A stretch of 57,958 nt of DNA from assembly GCA_009602735.1 (NCBI GenBank), contig WELA01001161.1, positions 265,151-323,108 on the forward strand, read 5' to 3'. A program made the translations under genes and the position numbers. Under the pieces are notes generated by a model. That model saw only the letters and a list, made by a program, of their open reading frames with translations, ran no database searches and was not told the DNA's origin. Below, in pieces: positions 46,115 through 57,958 of this stretch (the stretch's first letter is position 1; each line of letters starts with the position of its first letter). The stretch comes from Mesotaenium endlicherianum (taxonomy: Eukaryota).

Positions 46115-47261
46115 ATAGTTCAGGACCTGATGCACTTTGGTAGTGGAATACAGTAATAAAGCACCACTTATGGGCCGCTGGTGATCTCACAGGCTGTGCC
46201 GTGCCTGCCGCAGCAGCATGGTAAAGTTGCATGCGTGGTGGAGATTAGGATGTCAATATTTAAGTCACTTGGAGCAAGAATATCACTATTCTAGCTTCGC
46301 CAATTTGAGGTGCCAGTGGCCAAATTTAGGGAGCCTTTCTCTCGCGCGCTTCATGCAAACCTGGTGTGGCAAGATCATGCAAGAGTCAGAAGAGCTGCTT
46401 AATGCACTTTTCTTGTCACTGTTCTGGAACCAGCTGGAAGGTACTTCTTGCGGGTAACCTGTTGCATCAAACGAGAGCCTATGCCAGCAAGCAGGCTTTC
46501 ACCCCCTTCTAGAATCTTGTATCTCGTCTGATGTTTCATTTGTGTGTGTTTTGTCTAAGAAGCATGTATATCGTCAGAAAATTCAAGCCCTTTTTGCCTT
46601 TAAGGTGGGTCTGCTTTGCCTGGTTGCTGCACCCATGCCAGGCAATGCATGTCTAGCTCGGTTATTTGCAAGAAAGCCGTAAAAGGCGGGTGACGATGCT
46701 CTTCGCTTGCTGTCCTTCAGTTGTGTATACCAGCTAAAGTCGGCTAGCAGATATCAATTAGCTAGGCATACGGGATGCAGAAATTAATGAAGGTATGGAA
46801 CGTGCTTATTATCCTTCTCAATTTGTCTGCTTTCTCCCTTGACCCATATAATCAGTGCTTTGACATGATTGCTCAAGAATGCTTATAAAGATGCAAGTGC
46901 TTACAAAGTGCCTTGTACTGGTACCTTCATTCTTCCGTGCACCTCTGCTTTATGGACGACTTGGCCAACTGCCTGTGACTTGCCTAATCTTCTTCTTTGT
47001 CACCCCACTATGAGCCACCTTTCAATTGTCCTCTCCACATCTCATGCCAGCGGAGACCTGAGCAGACAACTACTGCGCCAACGGTTCTTGGTACTTACCA
47101 GGGAAGAAGTTATTGAACCTCGTCATCTCTAGTACCTGCATACTTGCCCGTGTCATATACTGGCATCTGATACATTTATGTGGAAGCCTAAAATTGCAGA
47201 TATAACACCTTCAAGATGCATGTTTAATAAAGAGGTGCACTTTCTTATGACTCAAAGGGCG

Positions 47262-50200
47262 CTATTTGTCGCGCTTCGTCTGCTTCATGCCAGCTGCTGC
47301 TGCTGCCTCCTCTTCAACTGCACCCTTCAGCTCCTCCAGGGCTGCAACCACATCACGCACCCACATCAACAGGCGTTGAGAAATTAGCACGTGCATTTTA
47401 TCACGCCACGGGTCGTGCTGCCATTTCTAAGAGTCCAACTTACAACTACGGCACACAAAGCTCTCAGTCGCGCTCTCCAGCTCCGGTGTAGGTGTGGTGC
47501 ACCAACCTGCAAGGTATGCCGGGGTGAGGTCCTCCAGAGCCTGGGGGGGGAGGAGGTAGTCGCGGCAAAAGTTGTTGTCCGCCTTTCGCAGCAGCCCCTT
47601 GAAATGCCGCACCTGCACAGCCCGGCCGGGGGGGGGGGGGGNNNNNNNNNNNNNNNNNNNNNNNNNNNNNNNNNNNNNNNNNNNNNNNNNNNNNNNNNNN
47701 NNNNNNNNNNNNNNNNNNNNNNNNNNNNNNNNNNNNNNNNNNNNNNNNNNNNNNNNNNNNNNNNNNNNNNNNNNNNNNNNNNNNNNNNNNNNNNNNNNNN
47801 NNNNNNNNNNNNNNNNNNNNNNNNNNNNNNNNNNNNNNNNNNNNNNNNNNNNNNNNNNNNNNNNNNNNNNNNNNNNNNNNNNNNNNNNNNNNNNNNNNNN
47901 NNNNNNNNNNNNNNNNNNNNNNNNNNNNNNNNNNNNNNNNNNNNNNNNNNNNNNNNNNNNNNNNNNNNNNNNNNNNNNNNNNNNNNNNNNNNNNNNNNNN
48001 NNNNNNNNNNNNNNNNNNNNNNNNNNNNNNNNNNNNNNNNNNNNNNNNNNNNNNNNNNNNNNNNNNNNNNNNNNNNNNNNNNNNNNNNNNNNNNNNNNNN
48101 NNNNNNNNNNNNNNNNNNNNNNNNNNNNNNNNNNNNNNNNNNNNNNNNNNNNNNNNNNNNNNNNNNNNNNNNNNNNNNNNNNNNNNNNNNNNNNNNNNNN
48201 NNNNNNNNNNNNNNNNNNNNNNNNNNNNNNNNNNNNNNNNNNNNNNNNNNNNNNNNNNNNNNNNNNNNNNNNNNNNNNNNNNNNNNNNNNNNGGGGGGGG
48301 GGGGGGGGGCGTGAAAGGGAAGGGGGAAAGGGAAGGGGTTTGGAGCACCTGGCGTGGCGGTGTGGACTTGCACAGCTGCCTGCTCGGCTGATGCAAAAGT
48401 AAGAAACAGGCAGGAATGGGGGGCACAGGTGCTGGCTCTCGCAGTCAAAGTGGCAAACTATTTCGGGGCTGTACTGATCCCGAACGCATGAGCCCAGCCT
48501 CCTCAGCCAGGCGCAGTTGCAAATCCGGGAGGGGGAAGAGGCCGCTGACTGACTGCCAGCAAGGCAGGTCTCTACAAGTCCCTGCAGCACCATAGGAAAA
48601 AAATATTCACTTGCCATTCACCTCCTTCTCCCCCTCGGTTTTTCACACCCCCACCTGGCCTCCTAATGGGGGAGTGGTCGACAAGAAGAAAGCAGTTGCG
48701 CTTTTCGGAGGAGAGAGAAGCAGTTGGCCATATGTGCACGTTGAAGAGCAAGCGTCGCCCGCGGAATGCCTGCGCGGGAATCATCAGGAGGAACGAAGGA
48801 GGAAGGAGAGAGGAGCGGACAGAGGGCGGGGAAGTAAAGAGAGGCAGAGAGGGCGGAGGGGGGGAGTGTTCGGACCTCTTCCTTGCGCATGATGGTAAAG
48901 GCGCAGCCCGGCCGGCCGGCGCGGGCTGTGCGGCCCGCCCGGTGCACGTACGTCTTGATGTAGACGGGCACGTCGTAGCTGACCACGTTCATCACGCTCT
49001 CCACGTCCATGCCACGTGTCATTGCGTCAGACGCCACCAGGACCTGAGCCTTGCCACTGCGGAATTCCTCCAGCGCAGCGCTGCGCGTGCAAGCAAGCGA
49101 CCGGATCCGCCGACGAGGCGTGCGTCAGCAACAGCCCCTCTCACGCCTTGAAGGCCCCATCAACCCCCAGCCCTAGCCTCAGCCTCAGCCTCCTCTACAT
49201 TCTCCCGCTCTCCACCCTGGCCCCCTTCCTAGCTCCCCGGCCCCCTCCTCCCAACTCCTGTCAGCCCCCCCCCGTGTCTGAACTCATTGCCTGTCGCTCC
49301 TCCAGAAGGTCCCCTGCCCCCCCCCACGACCTCAACACACTCTGCCGCGGCAGGCTGCAGGCTGCAGGCTGCAGGTTGCAAGCCAGGGGCTACACCTTCC
49401 GAGCGTGTCTGAAGACTACGCCGCAGCATTGTCCATCCAACACCCGCGACAGATCCCAAGCAGGAAGACGACAACGAAGAGCGGAGGGAGAGACTGGCCC
49501 CCAGGGGGAGCGGGAGGGGGGGGAGAAGGGAGGAGGCAGGAAACCTGCGGGCGCGCTGGTGCTGCAGGCTCGAGTACTCCACGCAGCGCACCGGCAGCTG
49601 GTCCGCAAACGCGCGCAGCAGCAGGAACAGCCGGTGGGTGGCCTCCACCGACGCCGTGAACACGATGGTGGACTGCGCCGCCAGCTGCTGCAGCAGCGCT
49701 GCCAGGACAAGTGGCTTCTCCCCGGCCTTGCACACCTGGCAGCAGCAGCGGAGAGCAGGGATACAGCTACAACTATTTAATGCAGACGGGCGTGAGCATC
49801 CCACCCAGGACTGAGGATGGGAAGGGGCGGGCAGAGGGGCCCAGGGGAGAGAGGGGCGACGGAAGGGCCCCGGGAAAATGTGGGGGGAGAAGGGTGGGAG
49901 GGCGGAGGTGATGAGGGACGGAGGCAGATACAGCTGTCACGCTTGCCAGTCAACTCATTCGGTACTATCAGAGGGAGTGCAAGTACTGAGAAGCTGCCGG
50001 AAGGGGCCCCGGAGAGGGGCGAGGAGTAGAGAGGGGGGGGCAGAGGCGACAGGCAAGTGTCTGTGCCTGGGGTCAGGGAGCGCCTTGCCTCCCAATAGTG
50101 CAGGCTGGGCCGTGGCTGCGGCGGTACTCCCCAAGTGCCCGGCCAGGAGCTCGGCAGATGCGGACTCAGGAGAGAGAGACCTGAGGACTGCTTGGCGTGC

Positions 50201-53200
50201 AGCCTCGTCACCGTCATCAGCGTCATCACATCGTCGCGCCACGTGGCTGCTTCTGCTCGTGCTTCGCCATGTGAAATTCAGTCCCTCCGGAGTCCTACAC
50301 TCCCTCATACACATGCATGCAACGCCGCCGCCGCCGCAGATAGCCCGCTGCAGCTCCAAGGAGGCAAGGTACACTCCAGAGGCTGCCAGTAAGTACAACT
50401 GGTATAGTAAAGCGTGAATAAAGGGTTGGCCCCCCTCTAATTTCCGTTTCTTAGCCACTTGGCCACCCGACTCTGCCCCCCCACCCTCATCACACTGCCT
50501 TTTCAAGGGCAGCGCCATAGGCTGCCAAGCCGTCTGCACATGCACTGGACTTGATCAGACAGAAAGGAGGGGACAGGGGGGGATGATGATGTGACAGGGG
50601 TACTACAAGTGGCACCCGCTGCCACCTTGCTCTCCTTCTCACTCCCTCCTTCCCTTCCGCCCTCCCTCTCTCACAACTGCACAGGCGCACAAGCAAAGCA
50701 GCACACTTGCCCACCCGCCTCCCTGCAGCCCCAGGGAAGGCGCTTCCGCAGAAGCGCGCGCCCCGCACTCCCCCTCATGCTCTTGCCGCTGAGAGCGTGC
50801 GCATGTGTGTACGTGAGTGCGTGCGTGCGCGTGGCAATGTACGATTACGGGGACTGTCAGGGACTGACACAGTAAGGAGGGGCAAAGGGATGCCCCCATA
50901 GGGTTGCGGGGGGGGGGAGGGNNNNNNNNNNNNNNNNNNNNNNNNNNNNNNNNNNNNNGAGGGGGGGCAGGGGGGGCGCGGGGGGGGACCACGGACCAGC
51001 TTGTACTCCTGGAGCTGAGGTGGCAGCTTATAGCGGTGGTCGGTGGCGCTGGACGCAATGTACAGCGGGTGGTGCAGCTGCAGTCGCATGATCTTGGCGG
51101 GGTCGCGCGTCAGAGTGGCCGACAGAAGCAGCTTCACCAGGCGCGGCGTCAGGACCCCCCTGAGGCCCGCCTCCTTGCACCTGCCGCCCGCAAGCCAGCA
51201 CGCAAGGCCGCCCGCAAAGACGCACATGAGCACGCACGCATGCACGCGCAACCGTCCACCCAGCCACCCCACCCCACGCGCATGCTTGCATGAGGGACGT
51301 CAGCGCCCGGCTGCCTGTCTGCAGGAAGGAGTGAGAGAAAGAGAGTCACCACCTTGGCTCCACCGGGGCCTTCTGGCTGCGCAGCAAACTATCGGAGGCA
51401 GCGCAAGCAGGGGCACCCAATGAAGGCGTGGATGCGAGGGGGGAGGGAGGTCCAGCTGACCTGGACTTACTCGCGTCTGACGGTGCAGATGGGCCCAAAC
51501 GGCCGCGGCACGGAAGCGTCGCCCTTCTGCCATTTGTCGCATCCCGCGTTGGCCGCCGCCAGGACAGTTGGCAGCCAGTCCTGGTAGGCCTGCCGCAGCA
51601 GCCTGTCAGTCTCGTCGACCACCTGTGTTGCCCCCCCCTCCCCCCCCNNNNNNNNNNNNNNNNNNNNNNNNNNNNNNNNNNNNNNNNNNNNNNNNNNNNN
51701 NNNNNNNNNNNNNNNNNNNNNNNNNNNNNNNNNNNNNNNNNNNNNNNNNNNNNNNNNNNNNNNNNNNNNNNNNNNNNNNNNNNNNNNNNNNNNNNNNNNN
51801 NNNNNNNNNNNNNNNNNNNNNNNNNNNNNNNNNNNNNNNNNNNNNNNNNNNNNNNNNNNNNNNNNNNNNNNNNNNNNNNNNNNNNNNNNNNNNNNNNNNN
51901 NNNNNNNNNNNNNNNNNNNNNNNNNNNNNNNNNNNNNNNNNNNNNNNNNNNNNNNNNNNNNNNNNNNNNNNNNNNNNNNNNNNNNNNNNNNNNNNNNNNN
52001 NNNNNNNNNNNNNNNNNNNNNNNNNNNNNNNNNNNNNNNNNNNNNNNNNNNNNNNNNNNNNNNNNNNNNNNNNNNNNNNNNNNNNNNNNNNNNNNNNNNN
52101 NNNNNNNNNNNNNNNNNNNNNNNNNNNNNNNNNNNNNNNNNNNNNNNNNNNNNNNNNNNNNNNNNNNNNNNNNNNNNNNNNNNNNNNNNNNNNNNNNNNN
52201 NNNNNNNNNNNNNNNNNCCCCCCCCCCCCTCCCATTGCGTGCCTCCCCTCACCAAGTAGCGCAGGTGCTGCAGCGAGAAGCCAGGTGTCGCATCCACGTG
52301 GTCCATGAGCCGCCCGGGCGTGGCCACCAGCACGTCCACACGGCTGTGCCAGATGTCATGCAGCTCTGGCCACAGGCCACAGGCGCTCTGCGCCAGGTCG
52401 TGGTCGACGTCGTCGTGCGGCGAGCTCACCAGCTGCGACGCCTCCAGGGCCAGCGACGTCTGGCCAATGGCCAGCCCCACCGAGAGCCCAACAGCTGTTG
52501 CCAGCCCCTCGAACACCTCCCTTACCTGCCCCCCCCAAATCCCCCGCCTCCTACCCCAAAGGTTAGTGAGCGTCATGTAGTCACAAAATGCGCACGCTTC
52601 GCTCCAATGACACGCATGCCCCCCCCACCCTGCAAGCACAGGCACATGTTGCACATGCACGCACATGCACGCGCACACGCAATCGCGCGCATACAGGTAG
52701 CCGAACAGCACTGTGCATGCAGGGACGCGCACGCACGCACATGCCCCCGTGCACGCACACAGGCGCGCATACACCTTTGCACTGAGTGCAAGCCACCAGC
52801 ATGCAAGCAAGCACGCTGCAAGCATGTGTGCCGGCACACATTCTACACGCGCTACCGACATGGCGGGACGAAGAACAGGAGTGCAGAAAGACCGAAGTAC
52901 CCGTCTCTGACACCCGAAGCTTCGCAGCCAGCTTCGCCAGAGCCTGGCCGCCTGTGGGAGAGCGCCAGGTGGCAGGAGCCGGAGAGAGGCTCAGGATGCA
53001 CGGATGCTCAGGGAGGGCGAGAAATGGATGTGATGAAGAGAAAGAGGACCCAGGGGGGAAAAGAGGGGGAAGGGAGGGGAGGGGGGGGGGCAGAGATGTT
53101 GTGAGGGGCCGAGAGCGCACCTGCGTGGCAAGGTCGCGAGTGGGCACCACGATGAGGGCCCGCAGGCGGCGCACCACGCGTGTGGACAGCCCCTGCACCA

Positions 53201-55791
53201 CGGGCAGCACGTACGACAGCGTCTTGCCGCTCCCTGTGGGGGCGCACACGCACAGGTCCCGGGCGGCGCCGCCCGGGCCCGCCATGTGGCGCCACACGGT
53301 CGCCTGCACGGGGAACAGCGTCTGAATGCCGGAGCGCTGCAGAGCCGCAACCAGCCTGCTCCCAAAAAAAAAACCTTGTGCCTCTGGCCGGCGTCAGGCT
53401 CCCTCCCCTTCAATCCGGCTTCTAAACCCTACTCCCTGAGCCCCAGGGGCGGGGCAGCCTGCCCTCCCATGCAGCTTGCTCCCCTGTCCCTCCTGCCCTC
53501 TTTGGGGGGGGCTGCCTACCCCCGCGCGCGCGGCCCTTCCAGGGGTTTAGGAACAAAGCATGCAGGTGCTTGCTTGGGTCTTGTAGAGTATGGCCAGCTG
53601 GCAAGGGTACACCCAGGTGCTAAGCCTAACCCTAATTCTTGCCCCGCCCCGATGTAGGAGCTCCCCCGAGCTCTTGAACACAGCGGAGGCGTGCCCCCAG
53701 TTGCTGTAGCCCCAGCCTTTGGCAGGAGGTGCGGAGAGCCACGCGGTGGAGGAGCAGGGGATGCAGGGGGGGCGTGCGGGCCCAGAGGGGGAGTGGGTCA
53801 GAAAAAGACAGCAGGGCTGTAACTCCCTCTCTCTGCATCCCAGCCCCAAGGGGCACGGCCTAGAGCGAAGGGGCCTGACAGCCGCAAGCGGTGCAGCAGC
53901 AGCAGCGGGAAGCAGCAAGGGAGGCCTGGGAGGAACACGAGTGCCCCCCCCCAACTCACCCTCCCCATACTTACGGGAGCCCAACTTGTGGGTTAAACTC
54001 GTTTGCACTGATTTGCGTGGGTTTGTGCGTTTTTTTCTCTCCCTCGCACAGTAAGGAAAGTCACCTCCGACGCAAAACCCTACACCCTGTCCCTCTCCCT
54101 GTCTGGGTGCCCCCGCTGGGTCTGTCTCCCGACCCCTTCTCCAAAGTCTGGCCTAGCCTAGCCCCGGCCTAGCCTAGCCTAGTCGACGCACATGAAAATG
54201 AGAAGGGCTGGCAAGGGATGCTTGCTCTCTCATGGGCCACAGCGTGCAAGCGAAGCAAGGGCCATCACCTGGGCTTACGCTAAACCCTCCCCCTAAAACC
54301 CCACCCCCTGCTGCCAACCGAGACCCCAGCTGCAGCTCAGGTCCCCAGGAGAATCAGCCAGCTGTCAGTGTATTGTGACTCTGCGGCTCAGGAGAGATGG
54401 GGCAGGAGAGGGCGTCTGAGATGGGAGGAGGAGTGCGAGCTTTCACCTGGGGTCGATGTGGGGAACGCTGTCCAGCTGGAGGGCATCGGCTTCTCCGATC
54501 TCGACAGGTGTCCTCATCCAGGGCAGAACAGGCGGTGCCTTGGTGGCCTTGGGAGGCGCCTCCCTTCTAGGAAGTGCCTCCTCTTCGAGAGGAGCATCGT
54601 CGGCAGCCGCAGTAATCGCCTCCTCCTCCTCCTTCTCCTCCTCCTCGACATCCTCCATGTCCTGCCCCAGCCCCTGCCCTCGCCCCCCTGGCCCCNNNNN
54701 NNNNNNNNNNNNNNNNNNNNNNNNNNNNNNNNNNNNNNNNNNNNNNNNNNNNNNNNNNNNNNNNNNNNNNNNNNNNNNNNNNNNNNNNNNNNNNNNNNNN
54801 NNNNNNNNNNNNNNNNNNNNNNNNNNNNNNNNNNNNNNNNCTCCCCCTCCTCCTCCTCCTCCTCCTCCTCCTGCTGCTCCTCCTCCTGCTCGACACCCCC
54901 TTCTACATCTTCCATGCTGTCATAGCGGCCAAAGCTCCTCAGCGTGGGACTATCCAATGGCTCCTCTTCGAGAGCGCGCAAACTCGTGCCTGCTCCTTCG
55001 TTCTGTTCGATGCCTGCTGCTTCCTCTGCCTCTTCCTCGTCCTCCGGAAAATCGCCCCCCGCCAAATCTCCCCCACCGTCAGAAGCCCCTGGCACATCGT
55101 GGGGCACCTCTCCCAGTCCCAGTCGGCGTCGCTCCTTCTCCCTCTTCTTCTTCTCCTTTTTTTCTTTCCTCCGCCGCTTCCTCTCCTTGGCCTCTTCCTC
55201 CCCGCTCCCCTCTGCCTTCAGGCCCATGCTTGCCCCTCCCTTCCCCTCGGCACCCACGCGCACAGGCAGGCCTTCCCTGCCATTCTCAGGACAGCTGTCG
55301 CCACCTGTCGCAGTAGCATCGCTGTGCGCCTCTGCTGCAGTCGCCTCTTGCCTCAGAAGCTCTCTCTTTTTGTGTCCACGAGGAGGAGCCTCGGCTTCCT
55401 GCTCCGTCTGTATGTCACCTCCAATTAACGTATCTGGATGAATTATACCCTCTTTCAAACCAGCACCGCTCGGCCCCCGATGGTTCTTGTCCTGCTGGCC
55501 ACCTCCAGTCACAGCTTCTTTACTCTTCTGGGTTTTCTTCCTTTTTTTGCTTGGCGGCTCTGGCACAACGGCGTCAGCAGTTTCCTCTACTGGGGCAGGT
55601 CCAACTATTACATTCTGGTCTTCTTCCTCTTCTCTACTTCTTTTGGTATTTCGATCACCTGAATGAGCGCTTCCCTTAAGTCGGGAGGCAGCTCTTTCTC
55701 TCAGTCTTGCATTCAAGACTTGCAGTGAAACACCGGTAGCTCTAGGTTGTTGCCCATCGTCTTCACCGTTCCACCTTTCTACTGCAAACAT
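47262..55791 (-). CDS. DDX51: DEAD-box RNA helicase, DDX51/Dbp6/plant RH1-like; exons 55791-54447 (spans N gap), 53355-53121, 52525-52253, 51622-51471, 51180-50997, 49735-49545, 49080-48876, 47612-47507, 47341-47262
   Basis: Charged low-complexity N-terminus, PVLPWMR, LFPVQ, APTGSGKT, PTRDLA, TPGRL, VVDETDRLL (DETD variant as in plant RH1), SAT, TRGMD, YVHRAGRTAR; phases compatible. Confidence 0.92.
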
Positions 55792-57394
55792 GCTGATGTC
55801 GGCCCCGGAAGATTACTTAAGCTTGGCCAAGGTGATCTATGTGACCATAGTAGAAGTCATAAATGCTTTCAGAGACTCACGTTCTCAACAGAGAGTTTTC
55901 TGCTTACCAAAGTTGGAAAAGAACAAAGATATTGAGTTTCTGAGCTCCACTGTGCTCAGCTAACTTATACAACAGTTCGTTTGACACTGCGGCATGCTGC
56001 TATCTGTGCTAATGCCGGCTCTAAACTCTAGATCACGACCACCGCTTTCATGAGAATGTTAGCTATGATACGAGATAGTCTGCTTTATGGTAGTGTGCAT
56101 GTGTTGACTGGCGACATTATAGTGCGTGTAGGCTGGTGGTGTGGGCCGAAGCTAGGGGAGCACGAGCAGAGCAAAAGCAGTATATCGTGGGTCCTTGGAT
56201 ATAATGGTATTTTAAGCGAACCAGCGCATCCTGGCCGCATCAGGTCAGGCCGGGTATAATACAATTGCAGGTCGTTGTCAGTCGTTGTTCCCGTTTGAAC
56301 TCAGCGATACTGATCGTGGACTCGTATATACTTTTTATTACACTGCAACTATTTATAATCCACTTATATATACTAGTTGATAACCATATATTGACTGGAA
56401 TTTCAATGTGATGTCATCAAGCAGGATGACGTACAAGCTGCCCGATGACAACCATCCCAGCGAGTGAAACGTCTGACTGTAGCCGTCGTTTCCCGCTTGC
56501 AAGTTCAAATTAATTTGGTTCTTCGTTCACTCCCACGATCCGTTCTGATCCGTTTCTCATGGTGAAGCACGTTGGAGCTAGTTCAACCTGCGGACGTCAA
56601 AGTCAAGTGCAACAATCCGCCGGCTACTGCCGGCTGGAGGACGCATAGCAAACATGGTGGAAAGCAGGGGTGCGGACTCCGGAGAGTGGCCAATCAGGCC
56701 CCGACTTTTGACACGGACCAGTTTCTCACATCTTTCCGTTGGTACACACACAAGAGGCATCATCATGCATCGGGATTGTCGTTCCTGTAGTTCCCCTTAC
56801 ATCATTTGCATGTACGTGACGTGCAGATATCGCAAGAAGATGTCCTCGAACGTCTGATGTCTGCGCTTTGCTGTACTTCTCAGCTCTTTCGGGTCAGGTC
56901 GCAATGTGTAACAACCTCCGATCTCTCGAGTGATCACAAAGTGGTGCTTTTATTCAAATCATAATAAGTTTGGCGTGACAGTTGTTATCGTGCTCAGGGG
57001 AATGGGCTGTCCTCAGTGGCTGCTGTTCTCTCATTCCGATAGTTACATGACAAGAATCTGACGACAGGGCCAGGTCTTGTTCTGTGCCAAGGCGTGTGAA
57101 GGTGACAGTCAAGTAAGACTTATACATCTGTTAGCAAATAATCATTTCTGCAGCACGTGACTGGATGGTGAAGAGGTCAGGGAGGGAAGCATACCTCCGG
57201 ACCTTCGATGGAAAGTCGTGTTCAGCAGATTCGTATCCAACAAAACACCTTGCCCCCAAAAGCTTGAGTTGCCATACTACATTAACTTCACTGCTGAATT
57301 GCTTGTTATTGCACCTCTGAATTGTCAAACATATCCACGTTTCCGGTTTGTTAGATGCATCCCACATGGCATATCCCCTTGACCCATCAAGCAG

Positions 57395-57525
57395 AGGAAT
57401 TGCCAGCTCACACTGCCAATGTGAGCTGCCTGAAGCTGGGCAACAAGGCACCCGCCTTGCTGGCGACGGGCGGAGAGGATAGAAAAGTCAATCTGTGGGC
57501 CGTCGGCGACCAAAGAGCCCTCTTG
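57395..57525 (+). CDS. KATNB1: Katanin p80 WD40 subunit B1 homolog, early coding exon (start exon not resolved; gene continues beyond the window)
   Basis: ELPAHTANVSCLKLGNKAPALLATGGEDRKVNLWAVGDQRALL resembles the katanin p80 first WD40 repeat (EFVAH...VNCL.IG...TGGEDHKVNLWAIG); flanked by cag and gtaagt. Confidence 0.8.
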
Positions 57526-57958
57526 GTAAGTCAGACACTCTCTCGAAGCAGGACTAAGGCCTCGTGAGCCAATCAGGCCCATCCTTCGCACATGCCCCCT
57601 GCCAGACCCCCATAGAGTCAAGCTTGCAATAGCTGGCATCCTTGGTGCTCAGGAGTATGGACCCAGGGAGGCAGGCTTATGGGGTGAGAGAGCGCACGGG
57701 TTGTGGCAAGTAGGCAAAGCAGGCGCGCAAGAGGGGCCACCTGGCGGCTGATTGTGGCATGTGTTGCTCACGGGGCCGGCCGGTCACTTGACAGCTGTCA
57801 GCCACCCGCTTTGGGGCCACACATGCAACCGCAGGGGTTGCTGTGCTCCCTCCACCTGCCCCGTGCAAGCAACAGCTGTCATGTCAGTGTCGTGCAACGT
57901 GGCGGGCATTCTGGGGAGCCTGTGCAGCGCTGGAGGACCTCGGGAGGAGAGGGGGGGG

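Noticed and set aside
51595..51622. DETD instead of DEAD in helicase motif II as a sign of inactivation
   Set aside because: The variant is typical of plant RH1/DDX51 orthologs and the other motifs are intact.
47384..53104. Long ORFs containing X runs
   Set aside because: Artefacts of translating through N gaps.
56420..56480. Possible C/D-box snoRNA (GGATGA...CCGA...CTGA with a short terminal stem)
   Set aside because: Box C is imperfect and I could not recognise an rRNA or snRNA complement in the putative guides; an Rfam or snoscan run is needed.

Overview
Eukaryotic, intron-rich, GC-rich nuclear DNA from a draft assembly (N gaps mostly flanked by G/C homopolymers). Gene content suggests a streptophyte green alga; that is inference, not identification. 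I can support nine spliced or partial host genes: the 3' end of DNA polymerase epsilon, a TMO5/bHLH30-32-like bHLH-ACT factor, ERdj3B, a 5-TM protein of the plant AT2G12400-like family, an intronless M32 carboxypeptidase with a transit peptide, a SPRING/C12orf49 homolog, tryptophan synthase beta, a DDX51/RH1 helicase, and an early exon of katanin p80. Positions ~15.3-24.3 kb form a nested TE cluster. It holds an intact, young Ty3/gypsy chromovirus (503-bp LTRs with 3 mismatches, 4-bp TSD, clear -1 frameshift signal) and a non-autonomous Mutator-like element (9-bp TSD). Both appear inserted into an older unclassified repeat with two more copies at ~5.3-7.6 kb. The most unusual signal lies just past the SPRING-like stop codon: UGA-C, a strong hairpin, then an in-frame, mostly synonymously diverged duplicate of the protein's last 15 residues ending in its own UGA. 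This is a candidate stop-readthrough or alternative C-terminus. All coordinates and comparisons were read by eye; no searches were run.
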